A stretch of 64,000 nucleotides of DNA from Vulcanimicrobiota bacterium (lineage in GTDB: Bacteria > Vulcanimicrobiota > Vulcanimicrobiia > Vulcanimicrobiales > Vulcanimicrobiaceae): positions 288,001 to 352,000 of the forward strand of contig CAWCIZ010000003.1 in assembly GCA_963795855.1 (NCBI GenBank). The letters are read 5' to 3'. Every line of letters begins with the position of its first letter. Within the stretch, counting starts at the first letter, position 1. Below the pieces are notes generated by a model. The model was not told the origin of the DNA, searched no databases, and was given only the letters and a program-made list of their open reading frames with translations. Shown in pieces: positions 1 through 10,638 of this stretch. Position numbers and translations under genes: made by a program.

Positions 1-2402
1 TCCTTCGAAACGACCATACAAAACTTGGCGCGTTCTCGTCCTTTGGTCGTCGCCGTTGAGGACGCGCATTGGGCGGACATTGGCACGTTGGAACTGTTGC
101 AGTACATAGTTCCACGGCTTGCGCCCAGGCGTGTCCTCCTGATCATTACATGCCGCGTCGGCAACCTTTCACGGACGCACGCGCTGCCGGCTGCGTTGGA
201 GAGATTGGCACGCCTCGGGGCCGAATGCCTGCACCTTACGGGGCTGGGCGAAATGGAGACGCGGACCTTAATGTTGCGGATGCTTCCGTCGCCCGGTTCG
301 GTGCCGGCCGAAACGTTGGCACGCATCGCGGAGATCGCCGATGGCAATCCGCTGCTGTTGCAAGAATTGCTACGCGGCGCGCTGATGCTGCCGGGTAGCG
401 CAGCGGCGGATTTACGGTTCCCGTCAAATTTGACGGATACTGTGGCGGAGCGACTAAGCCGTTTGGAACCGTCTCTTCGCAGCGTCGTCGTACAAGCATC
501 CGTCATTGGCCGACGCTTCGATTCGGAAACCCTGCGGGCGGTGGCGAGGCGGCCGGAACGCCTGATCCTCGAAGCCCTGCGACAGGCACGCGACTTACAT
601 CTCATAGCCGAAGATGCCCTCACCGGGACTTGGTACGAATTCACGCACGAGTTGATCCGAGGGCTTGTCTACCGCCAGTTGCTTAAACGCGAAGCTCTCC
701 CGCTACATGCGCGGATCGCGCAGCATTTGGAGCGAAGTGCCCACGCACCGAATCGAATCGCCGAATTGGCGTATCATTGGGCCGCCGCCGGGGACGCTAA
801 AAAGGCGGTACACTATAACGCGCTAGCCGGCGAGATGGCAATGAACGTTCATGCGCATGGTGACGTCGCTCGTTTTTATCGGCGCGCTCTCCAATTTGCG
901 CCGGATTCCGGCGTGCTCCGCGGTGAACTCTGCGATCGATTAGCATCGGCACTCTACGTTGGAGGCTTTGCCGAAGAAGCCAAGACGTGGTTTGACGAAG
1001 CAATCGCACAGTTTGACTGCGCGGATGACGATCAGCGTGTAGCGCGCATACTGCTGCGCCGGGCGCGCCTTGAGTTTTTCGAAGCGCGAGCGGAGACCAG
1101 TTTGGCCCTGGCCAATCGCGCGTTGCAAAGCTTTCGGTCCCTCTCGGAAGTCACTTCTGTGCTGCTCGAAGCGTATACGGAAGTCGCACGCTACAACGTG
1201 ATTCTTGGAAATTACATCGAAGCGATGACATGCCTCGAGCGCGCCGAGAGCCTGTCAACCGTAAATGGAGCCGCATTACCGGTTTATTTCCATGACGTTC
1301 GTGCAATCGCGTACGCTCACTTAGGCCGCGACAATGAAGCAATGGAAGCTTTCAGAGACGCCGGCGCCGCCGTCGAGTCGTCCGACGTTGAAGCGCAACT
1401 ACGCGTTTGGAACAATTATGGATGTAATGCTTCGTGGCTCGGGCATGCAGAGGAATCGATCGAGGCGTATCGGCGGACGCTTGAGCTATGCGAAGCCAAC
1501 GGCTTTTTGGTTCGGACCGCCTTTTCAACGTTGGGTCTGGCAAAAGTGATGACTCGATTGGGTCGATTGCATGAGGCGCGCACATTCGTGCACACCGCTA
1601 TCGAAGTGGGGCTTACCACCCAGCTTAATCGCATCGTCGCCGCAGAGGTGGGGATACCGCTTGGGATTGTCTTGAAAGACGACGCGCTTCTCACCCGACT
1701 CGCCGATCCGGCACTGCTCGATCATGCGCTGGAGAACGGCTCTGACTGGTTGGCTCCGCTGACCGGAGCTTTTGTCGATCTTGCGCTGCTGCGTGGCGAC
1801 CTTGAACAGCCCCACGCATTGCTCCATCGGGCGATTCGCCGAACGCGCACCGCGGATCACGCATGGCGAATGCTCGTGCTTACCGCGGCACACGGATGCG
1901 CCGGCGACATCCAACTGGCCAGGGAAATACTCATGCGCGCGCCGTCGACCGACACCACTCTCGCCGGTAGCGCCTACGCTTGCCTCTTTCAATCACACAT
2001 TGCGCTGCGCGACGGTCTACGCGAGCGCGGCCGCGCCCTTGCCCGCGCCGCAGCGGCGTATTTTGAACGATTGCGGTGGCCGGGCGAACAGGCCGCCGCA
2101 CTAGAGCCTCGCCGGTCGCCGAGCGGAAGCGGCAATAATCTACAAGCGTATTGGAAGTAAGCGTGACACCGAACGTTTAGAAGAGCTCGTAACCCGTAAA
2201 CGCCGCGGCCGGCCCGGCACCAGAGCTCACTCCAAGAGAATCCGAGATCGCTACATTAGCGGCGGCCGGATACTCGAACAAGGCAATCGCGGCATCGCTG
2301 AACCTCAGCATTCGTACGGTAGGCCACCACCTGGAGTCGGTATTTAACCGATTAGATATCCGCTCTCGTTCGGACCTCGCCGAATTTTCAGCGCTCAAAT
2401 GA
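1..2402 (+). CDS. MalT/LuxR-type (AAA/STAND ATPase-TPR-LuxR HTH) transcriptional regulator; 5'-partial, frameshifted near 2110
   Basis: ORF 25..2160 has the VVAVEDAHWAD Walker-B-like motif, GNPLLLQELL and YEFTHELIR; a different frame at about 2225-2402 encodes ELTPRESEIATLAAAGYSNKAIAASLNLSIRTVGHHLESVFNRLDIRSR (LuxR HTH). Confidence 0.85.
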
Positions 2403-2488
2403 TCATGCCGCAAATTAGGCCACGCTTTTTTCGAGAGTTTTCTGCCGTCTTAAGCGCAAGAAAGAAAGCTGCCATCCCTATCGCATTG

Positions 2489-3823
2489 CTAAGCGGCTGC
2501 GACGGCGAGCGCGGAGTGCGCCAAATCCAACGCGCGCCGTTCTTTGATTAGCAGTAGTGCGGTAACCGAAATCATCGCGCCGGCGAACAGGTAGAGGGAT
2601 AACACCCACGACGCGCCGCCGGAGAAGTGCAGGAGCGCCGTACCGACGAACGGCGTAAGCCCGCCGGCAAAAATCGATGCGCCTTGGTAACCGATGGATG
2701 CGCCGCTGTATCGGACGTTGCCGGCGAACATCTCCGCGAAGAGCGCGGCCAACGGCCCGTACACGAATCCATTCGATGTGTAAGCGAGACATTCTGCCAG
2801 GACGATGAGCGGCCATTGTTTCGTGTCGATGAGCGCATAGATTGGAAATGCCGCGACAAGCATCATTACAGCGCCGGCAAGACACAACCGCCGGCGGCCG
2901 ACTCGGTCCGATAACCATCCGGAAACCGCGACGGCCACAAAAAAGGCGACACCGCCGATCATTATCGCGTCAATGATCTCGCCGGCTGGTAATTGCAACC
3001 GTGAGTCGGGCCCGGATGCGTAACTGATGAGCTGCGTTCCGTAGAGATAGCCCATATTTGCAGTGAAAAATGCACCGCCTGCGAGTAGAATCGATTTCCA
3101 CTGCGTGCGCAGAACGGTCGCTACGGGCCGGTGAACGATCAGCGCAGCGTGTTTGATGTGTTCGAAGGCGGGTGACTCCGTGACGGTTAAGCGCACGACA
3201 AGGCCGGCAACGACTAAAATCGCGCTCAATAAAAACGGGATGCGCCAGCCGTATTGGAAAAACGCCGGCGTCAGCTTTCCACTTACGGTAAACGCAGTGG
3301 TGACGGCGACAAAAACCGCGGATGAGAGGATGGTTCCTAAAGGTGATCCGAGTTGAGGAAACGCGCCGAACAAGCCGCGGCGCTGCGGCGGCGCATGCTC
3401 CGTCGCCATGAGGACTGCTCCCCCCCATTCGCCTCCGACCGCAATGCCTTGGCAAGCGCGCAAGGCCGTCAGCAGCAACGGCGCCCATATTCCGACTTGC
3501 TTATACGCCGGCAAAACGCCAACCAAGAATGTTCCTGCACCCATGAGCGTGAGCGTGAGCACGAGCATTGTTTTACGCCCGATACGGTCGCCGTAGTGTC
3601 CGCAAATCATTCCGCCGAGCGGGCGGCCGAGAAACGCAACCCAAAAAACCGCAAATGAGGCCAAAAGACCCAATTTACCCTGAGCCGGAAAAAAGACCGT
3701 TGGAAACACAAGCGCTGCCGCCGCGCCGAATATGTAAAAATCGTACCACTCGATAGAGGTGCCAATAAGGCTTGCGAACGCAACAACGTAGGGCGATTGA
3801 CGGCGAGCGGCAGTGATATCCAT
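2489..3823 (-). CDS. MFS transporter, metabolite:H+ symporter (ShiA/ProP-like)
   Basis: GTSIEWYDFYIFG, GDRIGRK and GGEWGGA motifs; about 12 hydrophobic segments. Confidence 0.9.
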   Translation of the reverse strand: MDITAARRQSPYVVAFASLIGTSIEWYDFYIFGAAAALVFPTVFFPAQGKLGLLASFAVFWVAFLGRPLGGMICGHYGDRIGRKTMLVLTLTLMGAGTFLVGVLPAYKQVGIWAPLLLTALRACQGIAVGGEWGGAVLMATEHAPPQRRGLFGAFPQLGSPLGTILSSAVFVAVTTAFTVSGKLTPAFFQYGWRIPFLLSAILVVAGLVVRLTVTESPAFEHIKHAALIVHRPVATVLRTQWKSILLAGGAFFTANMGYLYGTQLISYASGPDSRLQLPAGEIIDAIMIGGVAFFVAVAVSGWLSDRVGRRRLCLAGAVMMLVAAFPIYALIDTKQWPLIVLAECLAYTSNGFVYGPLAALFAEMFAGNVRYSGASIGYQGASIFAGGLTPFVGTALLHFSGGASWVLSLYLFAGAMISVTALLLIKERRALDLAHSALAVAAA

Positions 3824-4025
3824 GCGACCCTCGCTCTCAGTGCGCACCATCGTAACATGTTGCGCCGCTGTACGCTACCGAGTTGGAATGCTTAGAGCAT
3901 CTCTCTATGGTTGGGGTGACCGCGAGAAGCAGCGATTTCCAGAAAATATGTTTGTTGACCGCGCAGTTTCCATTTAGTGGAACGCGGTCGGCCAATTTAA
4001 TGGATAAACCGTAACACCGTAAAAC

Positions 4026-4109
4026 TGCCCAGAAAGGGACTCGAACCCCCACGGCCTTGCGGCCACTGATACCTGAAACCAGCGCGTCTACCAATTCCGC
4101 CATCTGGGC
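4026..4109 (-). tRNA. tRNA-Leu(CAG)
   Basis: Reverse complement GCCCAGATGGCGGAATTGGTAGACGCGCTGGTTTCAGGTATCAGTGGCCGCAAGGCCGTGGGGGTTCGAGTCCCTTTCTGGGCA: cloverleaf, CAG anticodon, long variable arm, no encoded CCA. Confidence 0.97.
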
Positions 4110-4192
4110 TTGCGACCACCCGCGATTCGTGACCTGAACGGCCACCCCTTTCATGAAACCGCGCGTCCGCGAAAGGGGTTGACGGTCGCACC

Positions 4193-5119
4193 ATGTCCGC
4201 TTCCGTACGTTTTATAGCCGGCGAAGAGCCGGTCAACCCGCTCGACGCCTATTCGCAGGCCGTCGTGCACGCCGCCCAAACCGCGAGCCCCTCCGTCGTC
4301 GCAATCGAGGTTTCGAACGGGCGCCGCCGCGCCAACGGTTCGGGGTTCATCTTTACGCCCGACGGGTTCGTCCTAACCAATAGCCATGTCGTGCAAGGGG
4401 GCGATTCGATCGGCGTCTCGCTGCTCGACGGCCGGGAGCTGCCGGCGCGTCTGGTCGGGCAGGACGAGCACACCGACCTAGCCGTGCTGCGAATCGACGC
4501 GCCGAATCTGATCGCAGCGCGATTGGGCGACTCCGCGGCGCTGCGGCCGGGGCAACTGGTCGTCGCAGTCGGCAATCCCTACGGATTGCAGTACACCGTC
4601 ACGGCGGGCGTCGTCAGCGCGCTGGGTCGAACGCTGCGCGCGCAGTCCGGGCGGCTGATCGACAACGTGATTCAAACCGATGCAGCGCTCAACCCGGGCA
4701 ATTCCGGCGGCCCGCTCGTGGCCGCGGACGGCGCGGTGGTCGGCGTGAACACGGCGGTATTTCCCGGCCAAGGCATCTGCTTTGCAATCGCCGTCAACAC
4801 CGCCAAACTCATCACCGGTATGCTGCTGCGCGACGGCCGGGTGCGCCGCGGCTACCTCGGCGTTGCCGGACAAGACTTGCGCGATGGCGCTGGGCTGCTG
4901 GTGCTTTCGGTGGAACCGGGGAGTCCGGCGGAGACCGCCGGCTTGCGCGAAGGCGACGTTCTGGTCGCATTCGAACACGACTGCATCGGCGGCATCGACG
5001 ATTTGCACCGCAAGTTGACGCTGCTCGATCTGCGCCGGAGTTACCGGCTTACGTTCCTTCGTAAACGCGAACGCCTCACCACGCTGGTTTTGCCAATCGA
5101 CGCATCCGATACGCCGTGA
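4193..5119 (+). CDS. HtrA/DegP-family trypsin-like serine protease with one PDZ domain
   Basis: [29 protein letters not shown] catalytic triad motifs; C-terminal PDZ ([12 protein letters not shown]). Confidence 0.93.
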   Translation: MSASVRFIAGEEPVNPLDAYSQAVVHAAQTASPSVVAIEVSNGRRRANGSGFIFTPDGFVLTNSHVVQGGDSIGVSLLDGRELPARLVGQDEHTDLAVLRIDAPNLIAARLGDSAALRPGQLVVAVGNPYGLQYTVTAGVVSALGRTLRAQSGRLIDNVIQTDAALNPGNSGGPLVAADGAVVGVNTAVFPGQGICFAIAVNTAKLITGMLLRDGRVRRGYLGVAGQDLRDGAGLLVLSVEPGSPAETAGLREGDVLVAFEHDCIGGIDDLHRKLTLLDLRRSYRLTFLRKRERLTTLVLPIDASDTP

Positions 5120-6294
5120 TCAAGCGCCTGCTGCCGATTCTGGGCATTACGTTCATCGACATCCTCGGTTTCAGTTTGCTGATCCCGCTGCTGCCGTATT
5201 ACGTAACGCACTTCGGCGCTTCGGCGGTTACGGTCGGCGTGCTGTTCGCGCTGTTTTCGTTCTGTCAGTTGATCAGCGGGCCGATTTGGGGCAACCTCTC
5301 CGATCGCATCGGCCGTAAGGGCGTACTCGTGATCAGCCAAATCGGCGCGACGATCGGTTGGGCGATGCTCGGCTGGGCGCCTTCGATTCTGTGGGTATTC
5401 ATCGCACGCATCGTCGAGGGATGTTCCGGCGGAAATATCGGCGTAACGCAGGCCTACGTGGCCGATTTGGTCGAGCCGAAACACCGGGCGCGTGCGTTCG
5501 CGTACATCAGCGCAACGTTCGCCGCCGGCATGGCGCTAGGGCCCGCGCTCGGCGCGGCCCTTTCGCTGCACGGCTACGCCATCACGCTCTACACGGCCGC
5601 CGGCCTGCAATTTCTCACGCTTGTGATCACGCTAATCGTGCTGCCGGAATCCCGCGAGAAAGTGGAAGGCGCGGTCGCGGGTCCCGCCGAGATTCTGCGC
5701 ACCTTCAAGAATCCCGCACTCGCGCCAAAACTCTGGCAGAAGCTCGCGCTTTCGCTCGCGCTCTACGGCTGGTTCGGCGTCATGGCCTTGTACTTCGCGC
5801 ACCAACTTCACTTCGGGTTGCGCGAAACGTACTTGTTCATGATCTATATCTCGGTGCTGAACGTGATCGTGAACGCGTTCTTGCTCGGCCGCGTTTCCGA
5901 TCGGGTCGGAAATCGCATCATGTCGACGGCCGGCATCGCCGCGCTGGTCTGCGCATTTGCGTTCGTGCCGTTCGTGAACACCGTGTGGCAGCTCGCAATC
6001 ATGTCCGCGTTTTTCAGCATAGGGATGGCGTTCGGCAACACGGGACTGATTGCGCTGATCAGCGGCACCGCTGAAAACGCGGTTCAGGGTACGGTGCTGA
6101 GCGTCACGTCGTCGCTCGACTCGCTCTCAGGAATTTTCGCCCCGCCGCTCTCGACCGGACTGCTCGGCGCGTTCGGCTCGCCGTTCTCCGCGGCGTCGTC
6201 GCTGCTTTTCGCGCTCGTCGCACTGCTCATGGGCCTGCGCGGCGGCAGCCTGGACGACGTGCCGCTCGCGCACGCTCAGCGCGACGTTGCGTAA
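5116..6294 (+). CDS. MFS transporter, TetA/DHA1-like efflux
   Basis: [27 protein letters not shown] and QAYVAD motifs. Confidence 0.88.
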   Translation: MIKRLLPILGITFIDILGFSLLIPLLPYYVTHFGASAVTVGVLFALFSFCQLISGPIWGNLSDRIGRKGVLVISQIGATIGWAMLGWAPSILWVFIARIVEGCSGGNIGVTQAYVADLVEPKHRARAFAYISATFAAGMALGPALGAALSLHGYAITLYTAAGLQFLTLVITLIVLPESREKVEGAVAGPAEILRTFKNPALAPKLWQKLALSLALYGWFGVMALYFAHQLHFGLRETYLFMIYISVLNVIVNAFLLGRVSDRVGNRIMSTAGIAALVCAFAFVPFVNTVWQLAIMSAFFSIGMAFGNTGLIALISGTAENAVQGTVLSVTSSLDSLSGIFAPPLSTGLLGAFGSPFSAASSLLFALVALLMGLRGGSLDDVPLAHAQRDVA

Positions 6295-7155
6295 CTAGGC
6301 GCTTTTCTTTTTGCGTCCGCCATCGGGACTCGCGCGATGCGCCGCGCGTTTGGGCGCGTGAGCGGCGCGTCCCGCTCGCTGCTTCTTGCTCTCCTCCAAA
6401 CTCTGCTGCAGAACGTCCATGAGGTTGACGACTTTCGCGCGCGCAGGCGCCTTTTTGGGCCGCGGCAACTCTTTGCCGGCGGCGCGCGCCTCGATCATCG
6501 CGAGCAGCTCCTCGTGATAGCGGTTCGTGAATTTCTCCGGTTCGAACTCGTCGACGCTCATCGAATCCACGAGCATCTTCGCCATCTTCATCTCGGGTTC
6601 GGGCAGTTTAACCTCCGCGGGAAACTCGAGATCGGATTGTTCGACCAGTTCATCCGCCCAATGCATCAGTTCCAAAACCAGCGCGTGACCATCCGGCTTC
6701 ACCGCAGCGATCGTTTCTTTCGTGCGGATGACCACCCGCGCTATCGCGACTTTGTTGGCGCGGGCAAGCGCCTCGCGTAAAAGGGCATACGCATGCCGCC
6801 CCTGCTTCGTGGGTTCCAAGTAGTACGGCTTGTCGAAAAACATCGGGTTGATCTTGTCGAGTTCCACGAACTCCAGAATGTCGACGCTCTGCGTGGCTTC
6901 CGGATTCACCTTTTTGAAGTCTTCGTCCGTAAGCACGACGTACTCGCCCTTTTCGTACTCGTAGCCTTTGACGATCTCGTCCCACGGGACGGGCTTGCCG
7001 TCTACGGAACAGACGCGCTCGTATTTGATGCGTCCTTCGTCCTTGGCATGCAGCATGTTGAACGAGAGTTCGTTGGCCCGCACGGCCGTGAACAATTTGA
7101 CGGGTATCGTCACCAGCCCGAAGTTAATCGACCCCGACCATATCGCGTGAGCCAT
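6295..7155 (-). CDS. ku: Non-homologous end-joining protein Ku
   Basis: AIWSGSINFGLVTIPVKL, EIVKGYEYEKG, KVVNLMDVLQQSL; basic tail. Confidence 0.96.
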   Translation of the reverse strand: MAHAIWSGSINFGLVTIPVKLFTAVRANELSFNMLHAKDEGRIKYERVCSVDGKPVPWDEIVKGYEYEKGEYVVLTDEDFKKVNPEATQSVDILEFVELDKINPMFFDKPYYLEPTKQGRHAYALLREALARANKVAIARVVIRTKETIAAVKPDGHALVLELMHWADELVEQSDLEFPAEVKLPEPEMKMAKMLVDSMSVDEFEPEKFTNRYHEELLAMIEARAAGKELPRPKKAPARAKVVNLMDVLQQSLEESKKQRAGRAAHAPKRAAHRASPDGGRKKKSA

Positions 7156-7203
7156 CGTTAAATTCGCTCTCTCCTTCCGCCCATCCGAGCAGGCGGATAT
7201 TCA

Positions 7204-8181
7204 TTATACCCTAGGCGCCTCACCTTGGCGGGAAGCCCAAGCGCGCTGCGCCTTTGCCAGCGCCGGTTCCAGCTTGGCCGGTTTCCACTTCCGCCCGCCC
7301 CACAAGTCGCCGACGCGCTCTAGGCGCTTGCGCGCATTGCGAAGCGTCCACTGGCCGATGAAGGCTTCCGGCGAGCTGCGCTTCTTCGCGAGCTCTTCGA
7401 CCTCCGACCAATCGAGCGGCATCGACACAGGCGCGCCGTCGCGCGCGCGAACGATATACGGCGGCACGACGGTTTTACCGCGCGCGACCTGTCCCCAATC
7501 CAAGTACACTGCGGTTTTCGGTCGTTTCGCGATACTGCGCTCCACCGTCGTGAGATCGGGCAGGACCGCCGCGACGTGCTCCACCGCGATCTCCGCAAAG
7601 CGCCGCGCGGTTTCGAAGTCGTACTGATTCTCGAGCGGCACGACCAGATGAAAGCCGGACGAGCCGGAAGTCTTCACCAGCGAGGGCAGACCTATCGCCG
7701 CGAGCTGGTCGCGAAACTCGAGCGTCACGCGCGCGAGCGTGCCGAGCGTGGTCTTCTCGCACGTGTCGAGATCGAACAGGACGTAGTCGGGAGATTCCGG
7801 CGTCGGCACGTGCGAATACCACACGTGCAGCACGATTGAGGCGAGATTCGCGCACCATGCAAGCGTCGCTTCGTCGTTGCACAGCATGTACGCGACTTTA
7901 CGCGATCGTTGATCCGCGGAAAGCGCTTGCGTCGGAATCCACTCGGGCGCGAATCGGGGCGCCTGCTTTTCGAAGAAAAACTGGGCGTCGATCCCGTCCG
8001 GCCAGCGCTGCAGCGTCAGCGGCCGGTCTTTGAGATGCGGAATCAGCCATTTCGCAACGCTGCGGTAGTATTCGATGAGATCGCCTTTGGTGTAGCCATC
8101 GCGCGGCCAAAGCACTTTGTCGACGTTCGAAAGCGAAACGGTTCGGCCCCCGATACTCGTTTCGAGCTTCTTCGGCGGCAT
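7204..8181 (-). CDS. Stand-alone LigD-type primase-polymerase (NHEJ polymerase domain)
   Basis: Start ATG at 8181 overlaps the upstream stop; LSNVDKVLWP, TKGDLIEYY, RWPDGI, FDLD, KTSGSSGFH motifs. Confidence 0.9.
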   Translation of the reverse strand: MPPKKLETSIGGRTVSLSNVDKVLWPRDGYTKGDLIEYYRSVAKWLIPHLKDRPLTLQRWPDGIDAQFFFEKQAPRFAPEWIPTQALSADQRSRKVAYMLCNDEATLAWCANLASIVLHVWYSHVPTPESPDYVLFDLDTCEKTTLGTLARVTLEFRDQLAAIGLPSLVKTSGSSGFHLVVPLENQYDFETARRFAEIAVEHVAAVLPDLTTVERSIAKRPKTAVYLDWGQVARGKTVVPPYIVRARDGAPVSMPLDWSEVEELAKKRSSPEAFIGQWTLRNARKRLERVGDLWGGRKWKPAKLEPALAKAQRAWASRQGEAPRV

Positions 8182-9857
8182 CAGGCGACTACGTCCGCGT
8201 CGATCGGCCGCTCGCGCACGCAGTCTTTCGCGCTCTTGTCCAATCGAAGACCCAGAAACGCCGGCTGACGCAAATATCCGTCGCGAGTCCATTCGGTAAA
8301 GCGAACCTGCGCGACCATCTTCGGCTCGACCCAGTGGGGCCGCGTATTGGAATCGACGCGATTCGCGAACGGCGAGGTCTTGCGTTCGATGCTCTTCAGA
8401 TCGGCCGTCAGGCTTTTCAGCAGTTTCGTGTTGAACCCGGTTCCCACATGACCGACGTAGTGCAGTTCTTTTCCGTCGTAGAGGCCTAAGAGCAGTGCGC
8501 CGAACCCGGTGCGGCTGCCGCGAGGTTCGGTGAATCCGCCGACGACGCACTCCTGCATCAACTGCGCTTTGATCTTCACCCAATCGCGAGTCCGCCGTTC
8601 GACGTAGTGAGAGTCGCGGCGTTTGCCGATGATGCCTTCGAGTTCTTGTTTTTCCGCTTGAGCGAACAAGGCGCAGCCGTTTCCAATCACGTGCTTGGAG
8701 TACATGACCAAATCCTCGTCGGCGATCGCGCGCTCGAGCAGATCTTTGCGATCCTCGAGCGGCGTTTTGCGCAAGTCCTTGCCGTCGGCGTATAATAGGT
8801 CGAACGCGGCGAATGTGAGCGCGTTGCGCTTTCGCGGCGCGCCGGCACCGCGGCGGCTCATCAAGGACTCTTGCAGGCGTTGAAACGACGACCGCCCCTG
8901 CGAATCCAAACTCACGATCTCGCCGTCGACGACGATGGGCAGCGTTTTCCACGCAGTTGCGAGGCTCTGGAGTTCCGGAAATTTCTTGAGCAGATCCAGA
9001 CCGTTGCGCGAAAGGAGCTCCGTCGTGCCGTCTTCGTGCACGGTGCATATAGCGCGATAGCCGTCCCACTTGATTTCGAATAGCCACTCGGCATCGTCGA
9101 ACGGCTCATCGACGAGCGTCGCCAGCATCGGCGTACTAATCGTCGGAATGGGGTCGCGCTTCCCGCGGTTCTTCGCCGCGCTCAGGCCTTTCGCGCGGCC
9201 CCTATCGGCTTTTTTTTTACTCGATATCCAATGCGGCGCTTTCGGATCTTCCGCGTACGACTCGACGGTGCGGCCGGTCTTGACCGACTTATTGTCCTTC
9301 TCGATGTTGTACTTCGTATTCACGAACTCGTCGTGATCTTTGATGAGCAGCCACGGGTCGCCGCTTTCCGTATTGCGGCCGCGGATACGCACAAGCGTGA
9401 ATTCGCCGCGCATCTTCTCGCCGTGCATGACGAATTTGATTTTTCCCTTCCCGATTTCCGCAGCAGCATCGTCGCCTTCTGCCAGGCTGTACGTGCCCTG
9501 ATCCCACACGATCACCTCGCCCGCGCCATAGTTGCCTTCGGGAATGATGCCCTCGAAAGTGCGGTAATCCATCGGGTGATCCTCGACGTGCATGGCGAGA
9601 CGTCGATCCGTCGGATTGAACGAGGGGCCTTTGGGAACGGCCCACGACTTGAGTACGCCGTCCGCTTCCAGCCGAAAATCGTAATGCAAACGGCTGGCTC
9701 GGTGTTTCTGAATCACGAAACGCAGCCGCGGACTACCCTTTTTGCGCGCGCCGCGCGGCTCGGGCGTCGCTTCGAAGTCGCGCTTTTTGTGATAGCGCTC
9801 GAGCGAACCGGACTCGCGTGTAGTCCGGTTCGCTCCGCTCTTCCTTGCTCCCGGCAT
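8181..9857 (-). CDS. ligD: LigD 3'-phosphoesterase plus ATP-dependent DNA ligase
   Basis: YHKKRDFEATPEP, QKHRASRLHYDFRLE, SWAVPKGP (phosphoesterase); EIKWDGYR, DGEIV, EGIIGK (ligase). Confidence 0.93.
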   Translation of the reverse strand: MPGARKSGANRTTRESGSLERYHKKRDFEATPEPRGARKKGSPRLRFVIQKHRASRLHYDFRLEADGVLKSWAVPKGPSFNPTDRRLAMHVEDHPMDYRTFEGIIPEGNYGAGEVIVWDQGTYSLAEGDDAAAEIGKGKIKFVMHGEKMRGEFTLVRIRGRNTESGDPWLLIKDHDEFVNTKYNIEKDNKSVKTGRTVESYAEDPKAPHWISSKKKADRGRAKGLSAAKNRGKRDPIPTISTPMLATLVDEPFDDAEWLFEIKWDGYRAICTVHEDGTTELLSRNGLDLLKKFPELQSLATAWKTLPIVVDGEIVSLDSQGRSSFQRLQESLMSRRGAGAPRKRNALTFAAFDLLYADGKDLRKTPLEDRKDLLERAIADEDLVMYSKHVIGNGCALFAQAEKQELEGIIGKRRDSHYVERRTRDWVKIKAQLMQECVVGGFTEPRGSRTGFGALLLGLYDGKELHYVGHVGTGFNTKLLKSLTADLKSIERKTSPFANRVDSNTRPHWVEPKMVAQVRFTEWTRDGYLRQPAFLGLRLDKSAKDCVRERPIDADVVA

Positions 9858-9882
9858 TCTGCTGCCGTCCTACTCCGTCAGA

Positions 9883-10041
9883 CTAGAGGCGCGCCCCTCG
9901 TCCGGTCAAGAGATTGATGATCAGCAGAATGACGGCCACCACGATCACGATGTGGATGATGCCCCCGATATGCCACACCAAGAAGCCGAGCAGCCATAGG
10001 ATGAACAGAATGACGATGATCGTCCAAAGTATACCAGCCAC
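9883..10041 (-). CDS. lmo0937-family small membrane protein (52 aa)
   Basis: Hand translation (V)AGILWTIIVILFILWLLGFLVWHIGGIIHIVIVVAVILLIINLLTGRGARL; below the ORF-track cut-off. Confidence 0.85.
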   Translation of the reverse strand: MAGILWTIIVILFILWLLGFLVWHIGGIIHIVIVVAVILLIINLLTGRGARL

Positions 10042-10044
10042 GTG

Positions 10045-10257
10045 TTAGCCTCCACCGCCGGGATTGACGTGTGTCGTCGTTGTTGAGTTAGTTGCCGAAC
10101 CACTTGTCGATCCCGTGGTCGAACTCGTGACGGTCCACGGATGCCAGACGAATACGGCAATGAGAATGGCAACCAGCACGACAATCACGATGCCGAGCGC
10201 CGCCGCTCCGCCGCCGTGTTCACCGTCGCTGTGCACTACAACCGGGCCATCAGCCAT
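10045..10257 (-). CDS. Small single-pass membrane protein with Ser/Thr-rich tail
   Basis: AAAGGAG RBS before ATG 10257; one TM segment followed by TSSTTGSTSGSATNSTTTT. Confidence 0.7.
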   Translation of the reverse strand: MADGPVVVHSDGEHGGGAAALGIVIVVLVAILIAVFVWHPWTVTSSTTGSTSGSATNSTTTTHVNPGGGG

Positions 10258-10296
10258 ACAGGTTCTTGCTCCTTTCGTCGTTGCAGTGCGCCACTT

Positions 10297-10321
10297 ATAC
10301 CCACGACCGGCAAGCGCCAAC
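10297..10321 (-). promoter_or_regulatory. Putative SigB/SigF-type promoter for the small-protein/ligD/pol/ku operon
   Basis: GTTG-N15-GGGTAT on the minus strand. Confidence 0.55.
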
Positions 10322-10345
10322 GCGTTTACGAACGAAGGGTGCCTG

Positions 10346-10624
10346 ATGTGGAGCGCGCTCGGACTCGGCCTATCAATTCTGGTGTGCATAGCGGCGACGT
10401 ATAAAAGCAAGCGCGGGGGCGGCAGCTTTTACGCGAATGAAGTGTACGGGATGACCCCTAAATCGCATCGCGCTTACGCTGCCGTCAGCGCGCTCTTTGC
10501 CGCGCTCTTCGCGGTCTCGTTCTTCGTTCGGGTGGTTCCAACCGTGCCGCTGCTCGCGGCGTATGCGCTCGTCTTCCTCTTTTACGTGTCTTCGTTCGCG
10601 CGCGGGTTCAGCGATGAAGAATAG
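10346..10624 (+). CDS. Hypothetical small membrane protein
   Basis: MWSALGLGLSILVC...; three hydrophobic segments; lies just upstream of the next gene. Confidence 0.6.
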   Translation: MWSALGLGLSILVCIAATYKSKRGGGSFYANEVYGMTPKSHRAYAAVSALFAALFAVSFFVRVVPTVPLLAAYALVFLFYVSSFARGFSDEE

Positions 10625-10638
10625 CCAAGGATATCGGG

